This document shows, piece by piece, positions 1 through 14,051 of a stretch of DNA of 64,000 bases. A model generated the notes under the pieces. The model saw only the letters and a program-made list of their open reading frames with translations. It had not been told where the DNA came from and did not search any database. Numbering within the stretch: the stretch's first letter is position 1; every line of letters begins with the position of its first letter. The translations under genes were made by a program, and so were the position numbers. The stretch spans positions 1-64,000 of the forward strand of contig JAUCBJ010008006.1 in the NCBI GenBank assembly GCA_032718475.1. Direction: 5' to 3'. This stretch comes from Nemertoderma westbladi. Lineage: Eukaryota > Animalia > Xenacoelomorpha.

Positions 1-761
1 GTGTATTATTGTAGTAAACATAGACAGATATGCGCGTTCATGATACAGGGGTGGGGGGGATTTGATACAAATTCTTACGCGGCGAATTAATATCTCGCCT
101 CAATGTTAAATTATCAATTAAGGGAAATGTGTAGTTTACAGTGCATGCTATTCTAATCAAAACAATAAACTATATTCAATAGAACAGGTTACAGTTTTAT
201 TTTTGGGAGTAATCAGCAGATATTTACGACGATTTTCTCCTGGAGAGGGATGCATTTTGATTGCGTCCAAAGACTCCCCTATCTGGTGTTCAATGGGCTA
301 AAATATATGTAACACAAATATTGTATAACTATTAAAATTATTATTACATAAATTTAATAAACATATAGTTCTATACTATAATATAGTTCTAGAATTATTA
401 GTATTTAAACTGATTATTTTATACAAATGAACAGTACCAGCCTGTTGGGGATGAGGGAGAGAGGGGGGGGGGGGGGGGGGGGGGCTGGTCAGTGGAATGG
501 TGGTTCTAGACTGACGAACGAAACGATAGTACATGTATTTAAGATTTTTTAATTAGGGAAGAATATTAATTGAATTAGTTTAATCATTTCAATGTTTTTA
601 TTCAAACATTTAAACAATTTCACAAGGGGGTGGGGGGTTATCAGGAAACTTAAAAAAACAAGCTGTAAATTATTTAATGAGTTATTATGTTAATTACTAT
701 ATTTACATTATTCATACATCAGAAAAACTTATTATTTTAATTCGAATTTAAACAACATAAG

Positions 762-862
762 CACCGGATTGGATCCGGGTTAATTTACCCGGAGCCGGAA
801 CCAGAAAATTGGCCCGGAGCTCAGGATTTCAGGAGCCGGAACCGGAGCTCGGTCGCATCCCT
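762..862. mobile_element. Possible hAT-type MITE end with ccgga(a/g)c subterminal repeats
   Basis: Ends in GCATCCCTA (TAGGGATG on the minus strand) preceded by ggagccggaacc repeats. The partner end was not found. Confidence 0.35.
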
Positions 863-1245
863 AGTAGGGAGGCAGGGAGGGGCGTTACGTGTAGAGGCGT
901 ATAACAGGTAAAGCAAAGGTAGTTAGTACAGGCATCGAATACTACCTCGAAAATATACTCAATACCGAAATATCTGGTGCCTGCCTATTTCTTCCTGCCT
1001 ATTTCAATGTATGTCTGTTGTCATTTTGCAATTGTCTGTAATTTCATATATCGGATTGTCAGTCTGTTACTTTCTCTTAACATGTAATGGTTGTTTATCA
1101 AGGCGTTCTAGAACTATATATATCATATATATATATAACTATACTGATAGTTATACCCCGGGTTATGTTATCATTAATTATATAACTAATTTGTTGCATG
1201 TTTGCATGGCCATATTTCTTTGCATGGTGGTTGGGTTTCTTTTAG

Positions 1246-1460
1246 GGTTTAACGCACTCAACGCGGACTTAGATTTACCGCTGTCTCCAATGACACCGGC
1301 TACCCCCCTGGTGGCGGGCACATCTCGGTACGCCTACCCCCCAACATCTTCCCCGTTCGCAGGAAACACAGACGCAGCCAATGATCAGTCAATAGATCGA
1401 GTTTTATTCGACTACGAGAACAAAGGAACGGAACCTGAGGAAAAACCACGAGCACAGAAT
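1246..1460 (+). CDS. Internal exon of a host gene (low-complexity, probably cytoplasmic-tail region: GFNALNADLDLPLSPM...DRVLFDYENKGTEPEEKPRAQN)
   Basis: Acceptor tttcttttag ends at 1245 and donor GTTAGT starts at 1461. The frame is open and ends in phase 0, matching the next exon at 8294. The 1011-2057 ORF is this exon plus flanking intron and satellite. Confidence 0.7.
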
Positions 1461-4400
1461 GTTAGTTTATATGAACCAGTAGTACAGAATGTTAGTTTAT
1501 ATGAACCAGTAGTACAGAATGTTAGTTTATATGAACCAGTAGCACAGAATGTTAGTTTATATGAACCGATAGCACAGAATGTTAGTTTATATGAACCAGT
1601 AGTACAGAATGTTAGTTTATATGAACCAGTAGTACAGAATGTTAGTTTATATGAACCAGTAGCACAGAATGTTAGTTTATATGAACCAGTAGCACAGAAT
1701 GTTAGTTTATATGAACCAGTAGCACAGAATGTTAGTTTATATGAACCAGCAGCAAAGAATGTTAGTTTATATGAACCAGCAGCAAAGAATGTTAGTTTAT
1801 ATGAACCAGTAGCACAGAATGTTAGTTTATATGAACCAGTAGTACAGAATGTTAGTTTATATGAACCAGTAGCACAGAATGTTAGTTTATATGAACCAGT
1901 AGCGCAGAATGTTAGTTTATATGAACCAGTAGTACAGAATGTTAGTTTATATGAACCAGTAGTACAGAATGTTAGTTTATATGAACCAGTAGCACATAAT
2001 GTTAGTTTATATGAACCAGTAGCACAGAATGTTAGTTTATATGAACCAGTAGCATAGAATGTTAGTTTATATGAACCAGTAGCACAGAATGTTAGTTTAT
2101 ATGAACCAGTAGCACAGAATGTTAGTTTATATGAACCAGTAGTACAGAATGTTAGTTTATATGAACCAGTAGCACAGAATGTTAGTTTATATGAACCAGT
2201 AGCTCATAATGTTAGTTTATATGAACCAGTAGCTCATAATGTTAGTTTATATGAACCAGTAGCACAGAATGTTAGTTTATATGAACCAGCAGCAAAGAAT
2301 GTTAGTTTATATGAACCAGTAGCACAGAATGTTAGTTTATATGAACCAGTAGCTCATAATGTTAGTTTATATGAACCAGCAGCAAAGAATGTTAGTTTAT
2401 ATGAACCAGCAGCACAGAATGTTAGTTTATATGAACCAGTAGCACAGAATGTTAGTTTATATGAACCAGTAGCACATAATGTTAGTTTATATGAACCAGT
2501 AGCACATAATGTTAGTTTATATGAACCAGTAGCACAGAATGTTAGTTTATATGAACCAGGAGCACAGAATGTTAGTTTATATGAACCAGTAGTACAGAAT
2601 GTTAGTTTATATGAACCAGTAGCACAGAATGTTAGTTTATATGAACCAGTAGCACAGAATGTTAGTTTATATGAACCAGTAGTACAGAATGTTAGTTTAT
2701 ATGAACCAGTAGCACAGAATGTTAGTTTATATGAACCAGTAGCACAGAATGTTAGTTTATATGAACCAGTAGCACATAATGTTAGTTTATATGAACCAGT
2801 AGCACAGAATGTTAGTTTATATGAACCAGTAGCACAGAATGTTAGTTTATATGAACCAGTAGCACAGAATGTTAGTTTATATGAACCAGTAGCACAGAAT
2901 GTTAGTTTATATGAACCAGTAGCACAGAATGTTAGTTTATATGAACCAGTAGCACAGAATGTTAGTTTATATGAACCAGTAGCACAGAATGTTAGTTTAT
3001 ATGAACCAGTAGCACAGAATGTTAGTTTATATGAACCAGTAGCACAGAATGTTAGTTTATATGAACCAGTAGCACAGAATGTTAGTTTATATGAACCAGT
3101 AGCACAGAATGTTAGTTTATATGAACCAGTAGCACATAATGTTAGTTTATATGAACCAGTAGCACAGAATGTTAGTTTATATGAACCAGTAGTACAGAAT
3201 GTTAGTTTATATGAACCAGTAGCACAGAATGTTAGTTTATATGAACCAGTAGCACAGAATGTTAGTTTATATGAACCAGTAGCACAGAATGTTAGTTTAT
3301 ATGAACCAGTAGCCCAGAATGTTAGTTTATATGAACCAGTAGCACAGAATGTTAGTTTATATGAACCAGTAGCACAGAATGTTAGTTTATATGAACCAGT
3401 AGCACAGAATGTTAGTTTATATGAAGATGAACCAGTAGCACAGAATGTTAGTTTATATGAACCAGTAGCACAGAATGTTAGTTTATATGAACCAGTAGCA
3501 CAGAATGTTAGTTTATATGAACCAGTAGCACAAAATGTTAGTTTATATGAACCAGTAGCACAGAATGTTAGTTTATATGAACCAGTAGTACAGAATGTTA
3601 GTTTATATGAACCAGTAGCACAGAATGTTAGTTTATATGAACCAGTAGCACAAAATGTTAGTTTATATGAACCAGTAGCACAGAATGTTAGTTTATATGA
3701 ACCAGTAGCACAAAATGTTAGTTTATATGAACCAGTAGCACAGAATGTTAGTTTATATGAACCAGTAGTACAGAATGTTAGTTTATATGAACCAGTAGTA
3801 CAGAATGTTAGTTTATATGAACCAGTAGCACAGAATGTTAGTTTATATGAACCAGTAGCACAGAATGTTAGTTTATATGAACCAGTAGCACAGAATGTTA
3901 GTTTATATGAACCAGTAGCACAGAATGTTAGTTTATATGAACCAGCAGTACAGAATGTTAGTTTATATGAACCAGTAGTACAGAATGTTAGTTTATATGA
4001 ACCAGTAGCACATAATGTTAGTTTATATGAACCAGTAGCACAGAATGTTAGTTTATATGAACCAGTAGCACATAATGTTAGTTTATATGAACCAGTAGCA
4101 CAGAATGTTAGTTTATATGAACCAGTAGCACAGAATGTTAGTTTATATGAACCAGCAGCAAAGAATGTTAGTTTATATGAACCAGTAGCACAGAATGTTA
4201 GTTTATATGAACCAGTAGCACAGAATGTTAGTTTATATGAACCAGTAGCACAGAATGTTAGTTTATATGAACCAGTAGCACAGAATGTTAGTTTATATGA
4301 ACCAGTAGCACAGAATGTTAGTTTATATGAACCAGTAGCACTGAATGTTAGTTTATATGAACCAGTAGCACAGAATGTTAGTTTATATGAACCAGTAGCA

Positions 4401-7400
4401 CAGAATGTTAGTTTATATGAACCAGTAGCACAGAATGTTAGTTTATATGAACCAGTAGCACATAATGTTAGTTTATATGAACCAGCAGCAAAGAATGTTA
4501 GTTTATATGAACCAGTAGTACAGAATGTTAGTTTATATGAACCAGCAGCACAGAATGTTAGTTTATATGAACCAGTAGCACAGAATGTTAGTTTATATGA
4601 ACCAGTAGCACAGAATGTTAGTTTATATGAACCAGTAGCACAGAATGTTAGTTTATATGAACCAGCAGCAAAGAATGTTAGTTTATATGAACCAGTAGCA
4701 CAGAATGTTAGTTTATATGAACCAGTAGCACAGAATGTTAGTTTATATGAACCAGTAGCACAGAATGTTAGTTTATATGAACCAGTAGCACAGAATGTTA
4801 GTTTATATGAACCAGTAGCACAGAATGTTAGTTTATATGAACCAGTAGCACAGAATGTTAGTTTATATGAACCAGTAGCACATAATGTTAGTTTATATGA
4901 ACCAGTAGCACAGAATGTTAGTTTATATGAACCAGTAGCACAGAATGTTAGTTTATATGAACCAGTAGCACAGAATGTTAGTTTATATGAACCAGTAGCA
5001 CATAATGTTAGTTTATATGAACCAGTAGTACAGAATGTTAGTTTATATGAACCAGTAGCACAGAATGTTAGTTTATATGAACCAGTAGCACAGAATGTTA
5101 GTTTATATGAACCAGTAGCACAGAATGTTAGTTTATATGAACCAGTAGCACAGAATGTTAGTTTATATGAACCAGTAGCACATAATGTTAGTTTATATGA
5201 ACCAGTAGCACAGAATGTTAGTTTATATGAACCAGTAGCACAGAATGTTAGTTTATATGAACCAGTAGCACAGAATGTTAGTTTATATGAACCAGCAGCA
5301 AAGAATGTTAGTTTATATGAACCAGTAGCACAGAATGTTAGTTTATATGAACCAGTAGCACAGAATGTTAGTTTATATGAACCAGTAGCACAGAATGTTA
5401 GTTTATATGAACCAGCAGCAAAGAATGTTAGTTTATATGAACCAGTAGCACAGAATGTTAGTTTATATGAACCAGTAGCACATAATGTTAGTTTATATGA
5501 ACCAGTAGCACAGAATGTTAGTTTATATGAACCAGTAGCACAGAATGTTAGTTTATATGAACCAGTAGCACAGAATGTTAGTTTATATGAACCAGTAGCA
5601 CAGAATGTTAGTTTATATGAACCAGTAGCACATAATGTTAGTTTATATGAACCAGTAGCACAGAATGTTAGTTTATATGAACCAGTAGCACAGAATGTTA
5701 GTTTATATGAACCAGTAGCACAGAATGTTAGTTTATATGAACCAGTAGTACAGAATGTTAGTTTATATGAACCAGTAGTACAGAATGTTAGTTTATATGA
5801 ACCAGTAGCACAGAATGTTAGTTTATATGAACCAGTAGCACAGAATGTTAGTTTATATGAACCAGTAGCACAGAATGTTAGTTTATATGAACCAGTAGCA
5901 CAGAATGTTAGTTTATATGAACCAGTAGCACAGAATGTTAGTTTATATGAACCAGTAGCACAGAATGTTAGTTTATATGAACCAGTAGCACAGAATGTTA
6001 GTTTATATGAACCAGTAGCACAGAATGTTAGTTTATATGAACCAGTAGCACAGAATGTTAGTTTATATGAACCAGTAGCACAGAATGTTAGTTTATATGA
6101 ACCAGTAGCACAGAATGTTAGTTTATATGAACCAGTAGCACAGAATGTTAGTTTATATGAACCAGTAGTACAGAATGTTAGTTTATATGAACCAGTAGCA
6201 CAGAATGTTAGTTTATATGAACCAGTAGCACAGAATGTTAGTTTATATGAACCAGTAGCACAGAATGTTAGTTTATATGAACCAGTAGCACAGAATGTTA
6301 GTTTATATGAACCAGTAGCACAGAATGTTAGTTTATATGAACCAGTAGCACAGAATGTTAGTTTATATGAACCAGTAGCACAGAATGTTAGTTTATATGA
6401 ACCAGTAGCACAGAATGTTAGTTTATATGAACCAGTAGCACAGAATGTTAGTTTATATGAACCAGTAGCACAGAATGTTAGTTTATATGAACCAGTAGCA
6501 CAGAATGTTAGTTTATATGAACCAGTAGCACAGAATGTTAGTTTATATGAACCAGTAGCACATAATGTTAGTTTATATGAACCAGTAGCACAGAATGTTA
6601 GTTTATATGAACCAGTAGCACAGAATGTTAGTTTATATGAACCAGTAGCACAGAATGTTAGTTTATATGAACCAGTAGTACAGAATGTTAGTTTATATGA
6701 ACCAGTAGCACAGAATGTTAGTTTATATGAACCAGTAGCACAGAATGTTAGTTTATATGAACCAGTAGCACAGAATGTTAGTTTATATGAACCAGTAGCA
6801 CAGAATGTTAGTTTATATGAACCAGTAGCACAGAATGTTAGTTTATATGAACCAGTAGCACAGAATGTTAGTTTATATGAACCAGTAGCACAGAATGTTA
6901 GTTTATATGAACCAGTAGCACAGAATGTTAGTTTATATGAACCAGTAGCACAGAATGTTAGTTTATATGAACCAGTAGCACAGAATGTTAGTTTATATGA
7001 ACCAGTAGCACAGAATGTTAGTTTATATGAACCAGTAGCACAGAATGTTAGTTTATATGAACCAGTAGCACAGAATGTTAGTTTATATGAACCAGTAGCA
7101 CAGAATGTTAGTTTATATGAACCAGTAGCACAGAATGTTAGTTTATATGAACCAGCAGCAAAGAATGTTAGTTTATATGAACCAGTAGCACAGAATGTTA
7201 GTTTATATGAACCAGCAGCACAGAATGTTAGTTTATATGAACCAGTAGCACAGAATGTTAGTTTATATGAACCAGTAGTACAGAATGTTAGTTTATATGA
7301 ACCAGTAGCACAGAATGTTAGTTTATATGAACCAGTAGCACAGAATGTTAGTTTATATGAACCAGTAGCACATAATGTTAGTTTATATGAACCAGTAGCT

Positions 7401-8220
7401 CATAATGTTAGTTTATATGAACCAGTAGCACAGAATGTTAGTTTATATGAACCAGTAGCACAGAATGTTAGTTTATATGAACCAGTAGCACAGAATGTTA
7501 GTTTATATGAACCAGTAGCACATAATGTTAGTTTATATGAACCAGTAGCACAGAATGTTAGTTTATATGAACCAGTAGCACATAATGTTAGTTTATATGA
7601 ACCAGTAGCACAGAATGTTAGTTTATATGAACCAGTAGCATAGAATGTTAGTTTATATGAACCAGTAGCACAGAATGTTAGTTTATATGAACCAGTAGCA
7701 CAGAATGTTAGTTTATATGAACCAGTAGCACAGAATGTTAGTTTATATGAACCAGCAGCAAAGAATGTTAGTTTATATGAACCAGTAGCACAGAATGTTA
7801 GTTTATATGAACCAGTAGCACAAAATGTTAGTTTATATGAACCAGTAGCACATAATGTTAGTTTATATGAACCAGTAGCACATTATGTTAGTTTATATGA
7901 ACCAGTAGTACAGAATGTTAGTTTATATGAACCAGTAGCGCAGAATGTTAGTTTATATGAACCAGTAGCACAGAATGTTAGTTTATATGAACCAGTAGCA
8001 CAGAATGTTAGTTTATATGAACCAGTAGTACAGAATGTTAGTTTATATGATCCAGTAGCACAGAATGTTAGTTTATATGAACCAGTAGCACAGAATGTTA
8101 GTTTATATGAACCAGCAGCAAAGAATGTTAGTTTATATGAACCAGTAGCACATAATGTTAGTTTATATGAACCAGTAGCACAGAATGTTAGTTTACGTGA
8201 ACCAGTAGCACAGAATGTAA
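1451..8220. repeat. 30-bp tandem satellite (agcacagaatgttagtttatatgaaccagt), ~225 copies, intronic
   Basis: Directly visible 30-bp period with few variants (gta/gca, cat/cag, aaag) and one 6-bp insertion near 3421-3426. Confidence 0.99.
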
Positions 8221-8293
8221 CGTGCGTAATGTAACCAGTAGCTAGTAACCAGTAACTAATTGTTGTGTAGCAGATTATCTTATTACTTTTCAG

Positions 8294-8390
8294 GGACCTA
8301 CTGGTGTGAACGAAGGCAAACCTGTTGATAATTTCGACGATTTATTCCAAGAAGCTGCTGTTTTTTCAAAAGAAATGCAAAAGGAACAAG
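8294..8390 (+). CDS. Host gene exon (GPTGVNEGKPVDNFDDLFQEAAVFSKEMQKEQ)
   Basis: Acceptor acttttcag, donor GTAGGT. Phase 0 in and phase 1 out, compatible with both neighbouring exons. Confidence 0.75.
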
Positions 8391-8579
8391 GTAGGTGAGA
8401 AACAAGGCAATTGTTAGACGTTATTGAGACGACTATTTGAGGTGGTTTCTAGATATTCGCCTGAATTATATATATCATATTGAGCCTGAATATTCTGTAG
8501 TTTCATTTAACTAAGTTCAATCAATCGTTGTTAAATTTATATTACGACGCCACAACCATGTCTTTCGCGATACTTTTGT

Positions 8580-9082
8580 GTCTCATACTACTAGGATCGG
8601 CATGCTGCATTGCAGCTGCATTATATATATATTATATATATATTAAGAATGTTCTGCCGGCTTGTCGACAAAATTGCGCCGCCACAACTCCCTATCACCC
8701 ATGACATTTGCTAGATTATCCGCATCTTCAAGGCCAGTGTCCTTTAAAAGGCGTCTCATACTACTAGTATCGGCATGCTGCATTGCAGCTGCATTATATA
8801 ATATATATTATATATATATTAAGAATGCTCTGCCGGCTTGTCGACAAAATTGCACCGCCACAACTCCCTATCACCCATGACATTTGCTAGATCATCCGCA
8901 TCTTCAAGGCCAGTGTCCTTTAAGATGCGTCTCAAGAAAGTCATGGTCTGTCCATGCTTATTCACTCCATGAGGCTGCCAAAGCACAAGATTATACACTG
9001 GCTGGTCCTCACGGTGAAAGCAATGTCCTGCAAAGCGGAGGCGATTTTGTTCTAGTGTCAAGCTTGGGGGACCTAACGACAA
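8580..9082 (-). mobile_element. 5'-truncated non-LTR retrotransposon 3' end (RTE-like) with a local ~175-bp tandem duplication
   Basis: Translation NRLRFAGHCFHRE...LVLWQPHG...KDTGL...MGDRELWR resembles the C-terminus of RTE-type ORFs. Segment 8580-8752 is repeated at 8753-8930. Confidence 0.65.
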
Positions 9083-9527
9083 TTAGAGATCATCATGGAC
9101 TCAGGCTTCTTGAATATCCAATAGGTCGTGTTACCATTACCCCATTTTATTATGATTGTCTAGGGACATGCGTAGAACATAACCAACCACAATTACGAAA
9201 AAAATTGGCGCAAGTAACTAAGAATGGTGATAAATTATAATTACATTAAATTTACTAGTTTTTTCATATTAAATTATTGGTAATATGAGTGTATATATTA
9301 AATATATATTACTGCTTTACTAATATACAATTTAATTGACAATTATTGTAATCATCTTTATAGTGTTATTTTTTTATCTATTATATTATATTATAATAGA
9401 TAAAAAAAACACATATAAATATTAAATATAATTTATAACAAATGAGATTTGTGATTCTACCGGTATACAATTATTATTCTTATCTTCAAGTACATTTAAC
9501 ATAAACATGTATTACTTTCACTTTTAG

Positions 9528-9588
9528 AGTCAGCTCCACCCCCGCCGTCGTACAACGATGCTGTTAATGGAGATGACGGTTCACAAAG
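9528..9588 (+). CDS. Host gene exon (ESAPPPPSYNDAVNGDDGSQ) containing a PPxY motif
   Basis: Acceptor ctttcacttttag, donor GTTAGT. Phase 1 in and phase 2 out, in frame with exon 8294-8390. Confidence 0.75.
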
Positions 9589-10704
9589 GTTAGTTTAAAC
9601 AAAACGGTTAAAATTCTCCTATTATATCGTTTGTTTTTTACAGCGCAAATGTTTGTATACTTTTCCGTTCATTGATTGTGGTCATTGTTAACGTAAGTCA
9701 ATAACTAATTACCAATGTGTTGTAGCCAGTCGAATTCTTATCTAAAATGTATTATAGAATCTCAGCTATTAATATGTAAAGATGATTCTGCCGTCTACTG
9801 AGCTGCCATCGAACAGATGAGTTTGTGTATAATCTGGTTCGATCGCAGTGCGCTGGAGAGAGTAAACGGGGATATCAACCTTTTAACATTCATGGCTCCT
9901 GAGGACTTTCAAAGGCTCTACATGTCCACGTTTTAGTCTCTGTTTATAGTAAATATCAATTCTAAATCAAGTCTAATCAAGTCTCTGTTTATAGTAAATA
10001 TCAATTCTAAACTAGAGACTTAGCGCGCCCAAACAGCATCCAACTCAAGTGATCTAGCTGAGAACAGAATTGAGCAAAAATTCAAATGACCTTTTTTTAC
10101 TAAATTAGACAAGACTTCACTCAAACGCACCCCTATACTGACTTAATGACTATTAGGGATTTTTGTAAATGTTGTATTTTGTCATTTTATATGTGGCAGA
10201 TCAACATCCCATTAATATCCAAATGTTTTGTGTTGCTATAGAAATGTTGCAACATTATAGTTTTAACTTTTTTACTTAATAATAACGCGAGAAAATCTAG
10301 TTGATTTACTCTTTAAATATAAATTTACCGCCATCCACACTATTACGGAGCTGTTTTAAGTTGTGTCTGTAATAATATTTTTTTCCTGTTTTTTTTTATT
10401 GTAGATAAACATTTAACTATAGTATATAAATTAATTTAACTGTTTGGTAAGTATACTTTATTTAGTTTAGTAGTATCATATTGTGTTGAGTTGATCAGTT
10501 ATTATCATCCACCGTACAACATCTCTCTCATTGCCATTTTTGATTGTTGTCCTCATCTGATCGCATTGTTAGTTTTTCATTCCCCAAACTGTTCTTTTTC
10601 TAGCTGTTATTCATCGAGTAGACAGACCCCTACGTAATTCCATTTCCATCCTCTGGTTCCAAATTTTTCAAATACAATATTTGTTTTCAATTTGGCAATT
10701 GTTA

Positions 10705-10886
10705 GGCCGCGTTCACACTACCGAGTCAAAGTCAAAGTCAAAAGACAAAATGTAAAACACATCACATGAAATTTATTTTTTTCTAGATTGCATTATATTA
10801 GGCCTATATAATGTATTATTATTTATTATTGCTAGCTAACTATATTTATTTTATTTTGACTTTGACTCGGTAGTCTGAACGCGGCC
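10705..10886. mobile_element. 182-bp MITE, PIF/Harbinger-like
   Basis: ~30-bp TIRs GGCCGCGTTCACACTACCGAGTCAAAGTCAAA / TTTGACTTTGACTCGGTAGTCTGAACGCGGCC, flanked by TTA and TGA (imperfect 3-bp TSD), AT-rich core. Confidence 0.8.
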
Positions 10887-12814
10887 TGAAGTTTCATTTT
10901 TCCGCTAAAACGAGTTAAATAATGCTTAATTATTTATGGTAATAATTATTTAATATATTTATGGTTACCGAGCCGACACTGATTAGTGTCACACCAAAAT
11001 TGATAAAATTTTAGCCAAAAAGTTAAGCAGTTTTAAATATAACGCCCCTAAATAAATGATCCAACACTCAAACAAAATATCGTTTCTCGACAAATAATAA
11101 ATAAAAACCAAATCAAATGAATGTTTCTCAAAACCGAAATGTATAATAAATACATTTTTACCCGTTACATTTGAATATATATGCAGCTACACATTTACTC
11201 AAAATAAATATACATTTACCCAGAAAATAAATAGCCCACATTGTAACCAACACTATAATACTAACTGTAACCATTTTTATGCAAGACTTTTTGATTAATT
11301 AATTTTTACGCCGACTAAATATTTCCGTAATAATATTTTTGCGCTCTACAGTATCGCTTATAACGCGGCAAACGCGAATCAGCATGGTGTGGAGAGAACA
11401 GCTGTTGCTATGGTAACGCTGGCTCTTTGTCTGGTTCTTTGCGTTATGATCGCAGCTGCGTTTCACGTTGTATCCGATGGTAATTACGAACATGGGTCAC
11501 TGACGGGACTCGCGTACATGAAACTTTAATAAACACGTAATATACAACGTTATTACTGCGGTAAACTCGCACGACGGTATAATTATGGCTCTTTTGGGGT
11601 TTTCCGTTCACGTTTCACTCAGGTGACTGGACTGCATGATATTGTTGGACGGAATCAAATTTCATCCCCATTTTTTTAGAAATGGGATTTGCGCCCATAA
11701 TTAAAATTATTCGCCGAGGGGGATATTAATTCGCCGAGATGGGACTGCATTGAGCCCCGACCACCCCCCCCCCCCCCGCACTTCCCCTGTCTCAAAATTC
11801 CTGTCAACTCATTTAGTTACGGCGACACCAATTTATAATTATAATTTAGTTGTATTAGCATGAGTTTCACACACACAATTTAATATAAACATTGTGCACC
11901 ATTTTCATGTTACTGTGTTATGTAGACTTGGTGAATTGGTGTGGTAACTTGAAAAGTAAGGGGGTGAAAACCCACTTAACGAAAAAAATTCACTTTCAAG
12001 TCGAAATTTTCAATTTCTTTGATTTTCAGTGGAATATGCACTGTGCATTTTGTAAATAGGAATCGAAATCTTTTAAAGCCGGGTTAATCTAGCTCGCTTA
12101 TTTTACGAAATATTCAGGTTTAAAAGGAAAGCTTGGTGTCCAACCACAGCAAATATTGTAAACCTATGTAAATATGGTCAACCCCCAGTGACGCCCTTTC
12201 TCATTTTTTCCATTTCTGAACAAAACCATAATATTACAATATTGTAAAAGACAGTTTCTCAGCTAATCAGACGCAGTATCTATCTTGACTTTAAAATCAC
12301 AATTTTTCCGTATCGACCTTTTTGCTTTCACTGCCACTGTGTCATTAAGAATCATCGGATAAGAAAAATAATCTTTAGAAAAATTAATTATATTGGTTAA
12401 TAAAGTTCCCATAAAATTATTTCGATAATTTAAACACACAAGGATCAATTGAAATAGCATCATTAATTACCGAAGGAGGCAACAGATGATTGTCTCTTGG
12501 CTGTTACCTGTAAGGTAGGGTAAGGCTAAACTCTATCTCTAAACAACCCCGTTCTTTATAAATTAAAATTTAGAATAGATTCGAAATAAGAAAAGAAAAA
12601 TTGAGGCAAAATCTCAAGGATGTTTCTGTCACAATTGCATGAAGAACATCTTATTTATTCACACCGTAATTCACCATGTTTTTCACTTGTTTGTATTCCA
12701 TATGACTGGTATGTAATGAGAAGATGTTACCATAGCAACTGTTGCGAATGTTTATTTTAAGCAAGGTTACGTGAAGTATAAGTACAATTTGTACCGGTAC
12801 GCTCCTGCGTTCCA

Positions 12815-13015
12815 GAATGCAGTTCTAGAACACAGTTCTAGGACACGTTTTTAGAACACAGTTTTAGAACGCAGTTCTAGAACACAGTTTTAGAACGCAG
12901 TTCTAGAACGCAGTTCTAGAATGCAATTCTAGAATACAGTTTTGGGAGGCAGTTCTAGAACGCTGTTTTAGAACAGTTTTAGAACGCAGATCTAGAACAC
13001 AGTTCTAGAACGCAG
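12815..13015. repeat. Short degenerate minisatellite (agaac[ag]cagtt[ct]t)
   Basis: About a dozen degenerate ~13-15-bp units visible. Confidence 0.8.
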
Positions 13016-13147
13016 ATGCCTGTTCTGCCGGTAGGCCAAGGATTAAGTCTAACGACATATTTCTAGTCCGGTCCCCCCAGAACTATACTCCCCAGATGAA
13101 ACTCCAGTACTCATATAGCTACCATTTACGGATGATTTCCATTTCAG

Positions 13148-13250
13148 AATTATGGTAAAGACGCAGGTTGTTAAAACAACAATAATAACAGACGACGGAA
13201 CTGACCAATCTGAAGGCTCAGATGGCGGCGTAGTCATGGATACAAACTAA
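13148..13250 (+). CDS. Probable terminal coding exon (RIMVKTQVVKTTIITDDGTDQSEGSDGGVVMDTN*)
   Basis: Acceptor atttccatttcag, phase 2 matches exon 9528-9588, TAA at 13248-13250 followed by AATAAA. An alternative in-phase acceptor exists at 13066. Confidence 0.6.
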
Positions 13251-14051
13251 AATAAATAATGGGAGACGCTAATGGTTTCTACATTTTACACGGATTGTTG
13301 AAAACTTTAAGATAACTTCATTAGTTCCCATTACTTGTTTTACAGTATTATAGAATCTTCAAATATTTTCCAATGAGTTTTAGTTTAGTATTAATGGAAT
13401 TTGGTCAATGGTGAGCTTTTGTGCTGCGTGTAGGCATGTTGTATATTTTTAGTAACGTATTACATAGCTAATGTTCGATTTAATTGTTTGTCATTGTTGT
13501 GGAATGGAACCATTTTTGGAAGGGTTAGTTTATATTTGCCATAATTCGTTTTATTTAGCAAATAATCCATCTTTAATGTGCGGGAGTAACAAGTATGTTT
13601 AGAAAATGTTTTTTGATTTACGTTATCTTAATAATTCTCTATGAAATTAAATTGAAGGCAATAGCTAGCCTTTTTGCCTTAAATGTGGTGCTTGATTTTA
13701 ATTATCATTTAATGGTTTGTTATGAATAAATATAGAATTTTACCTAAATATTGTAATAATAATATCTCCAATAATGGCTGTATTTTGCTTTTAATTCCAA
13801 ACGAATCAACAATATACCATATTCGAAACTTCACTTATATTTTAACCAGAAAGACATAAGGAAAAATTCAGCAAGACAAGCAAAATAGGAACCCTAATAT
13901 TGACCAGGATAAGCTCAGCCAATGACTCTCACCTTCTCCCACTTCCATGTTTGATTCGTGTAAGCACGAAACTACTCTCCTTGGAGTGGAAATAGTAGTG
14001 TACACTTGACGACTTGAGCTCTTAAGTTGCAATGTGGGGAGCCCCTAAAGG

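Noticed and set aside
1011-2057. 348-aa ORF as a single-exon gene
   Set aside because: It is intron sequence plus a 215-nt exon plus read-through into the 30-bp satellite.
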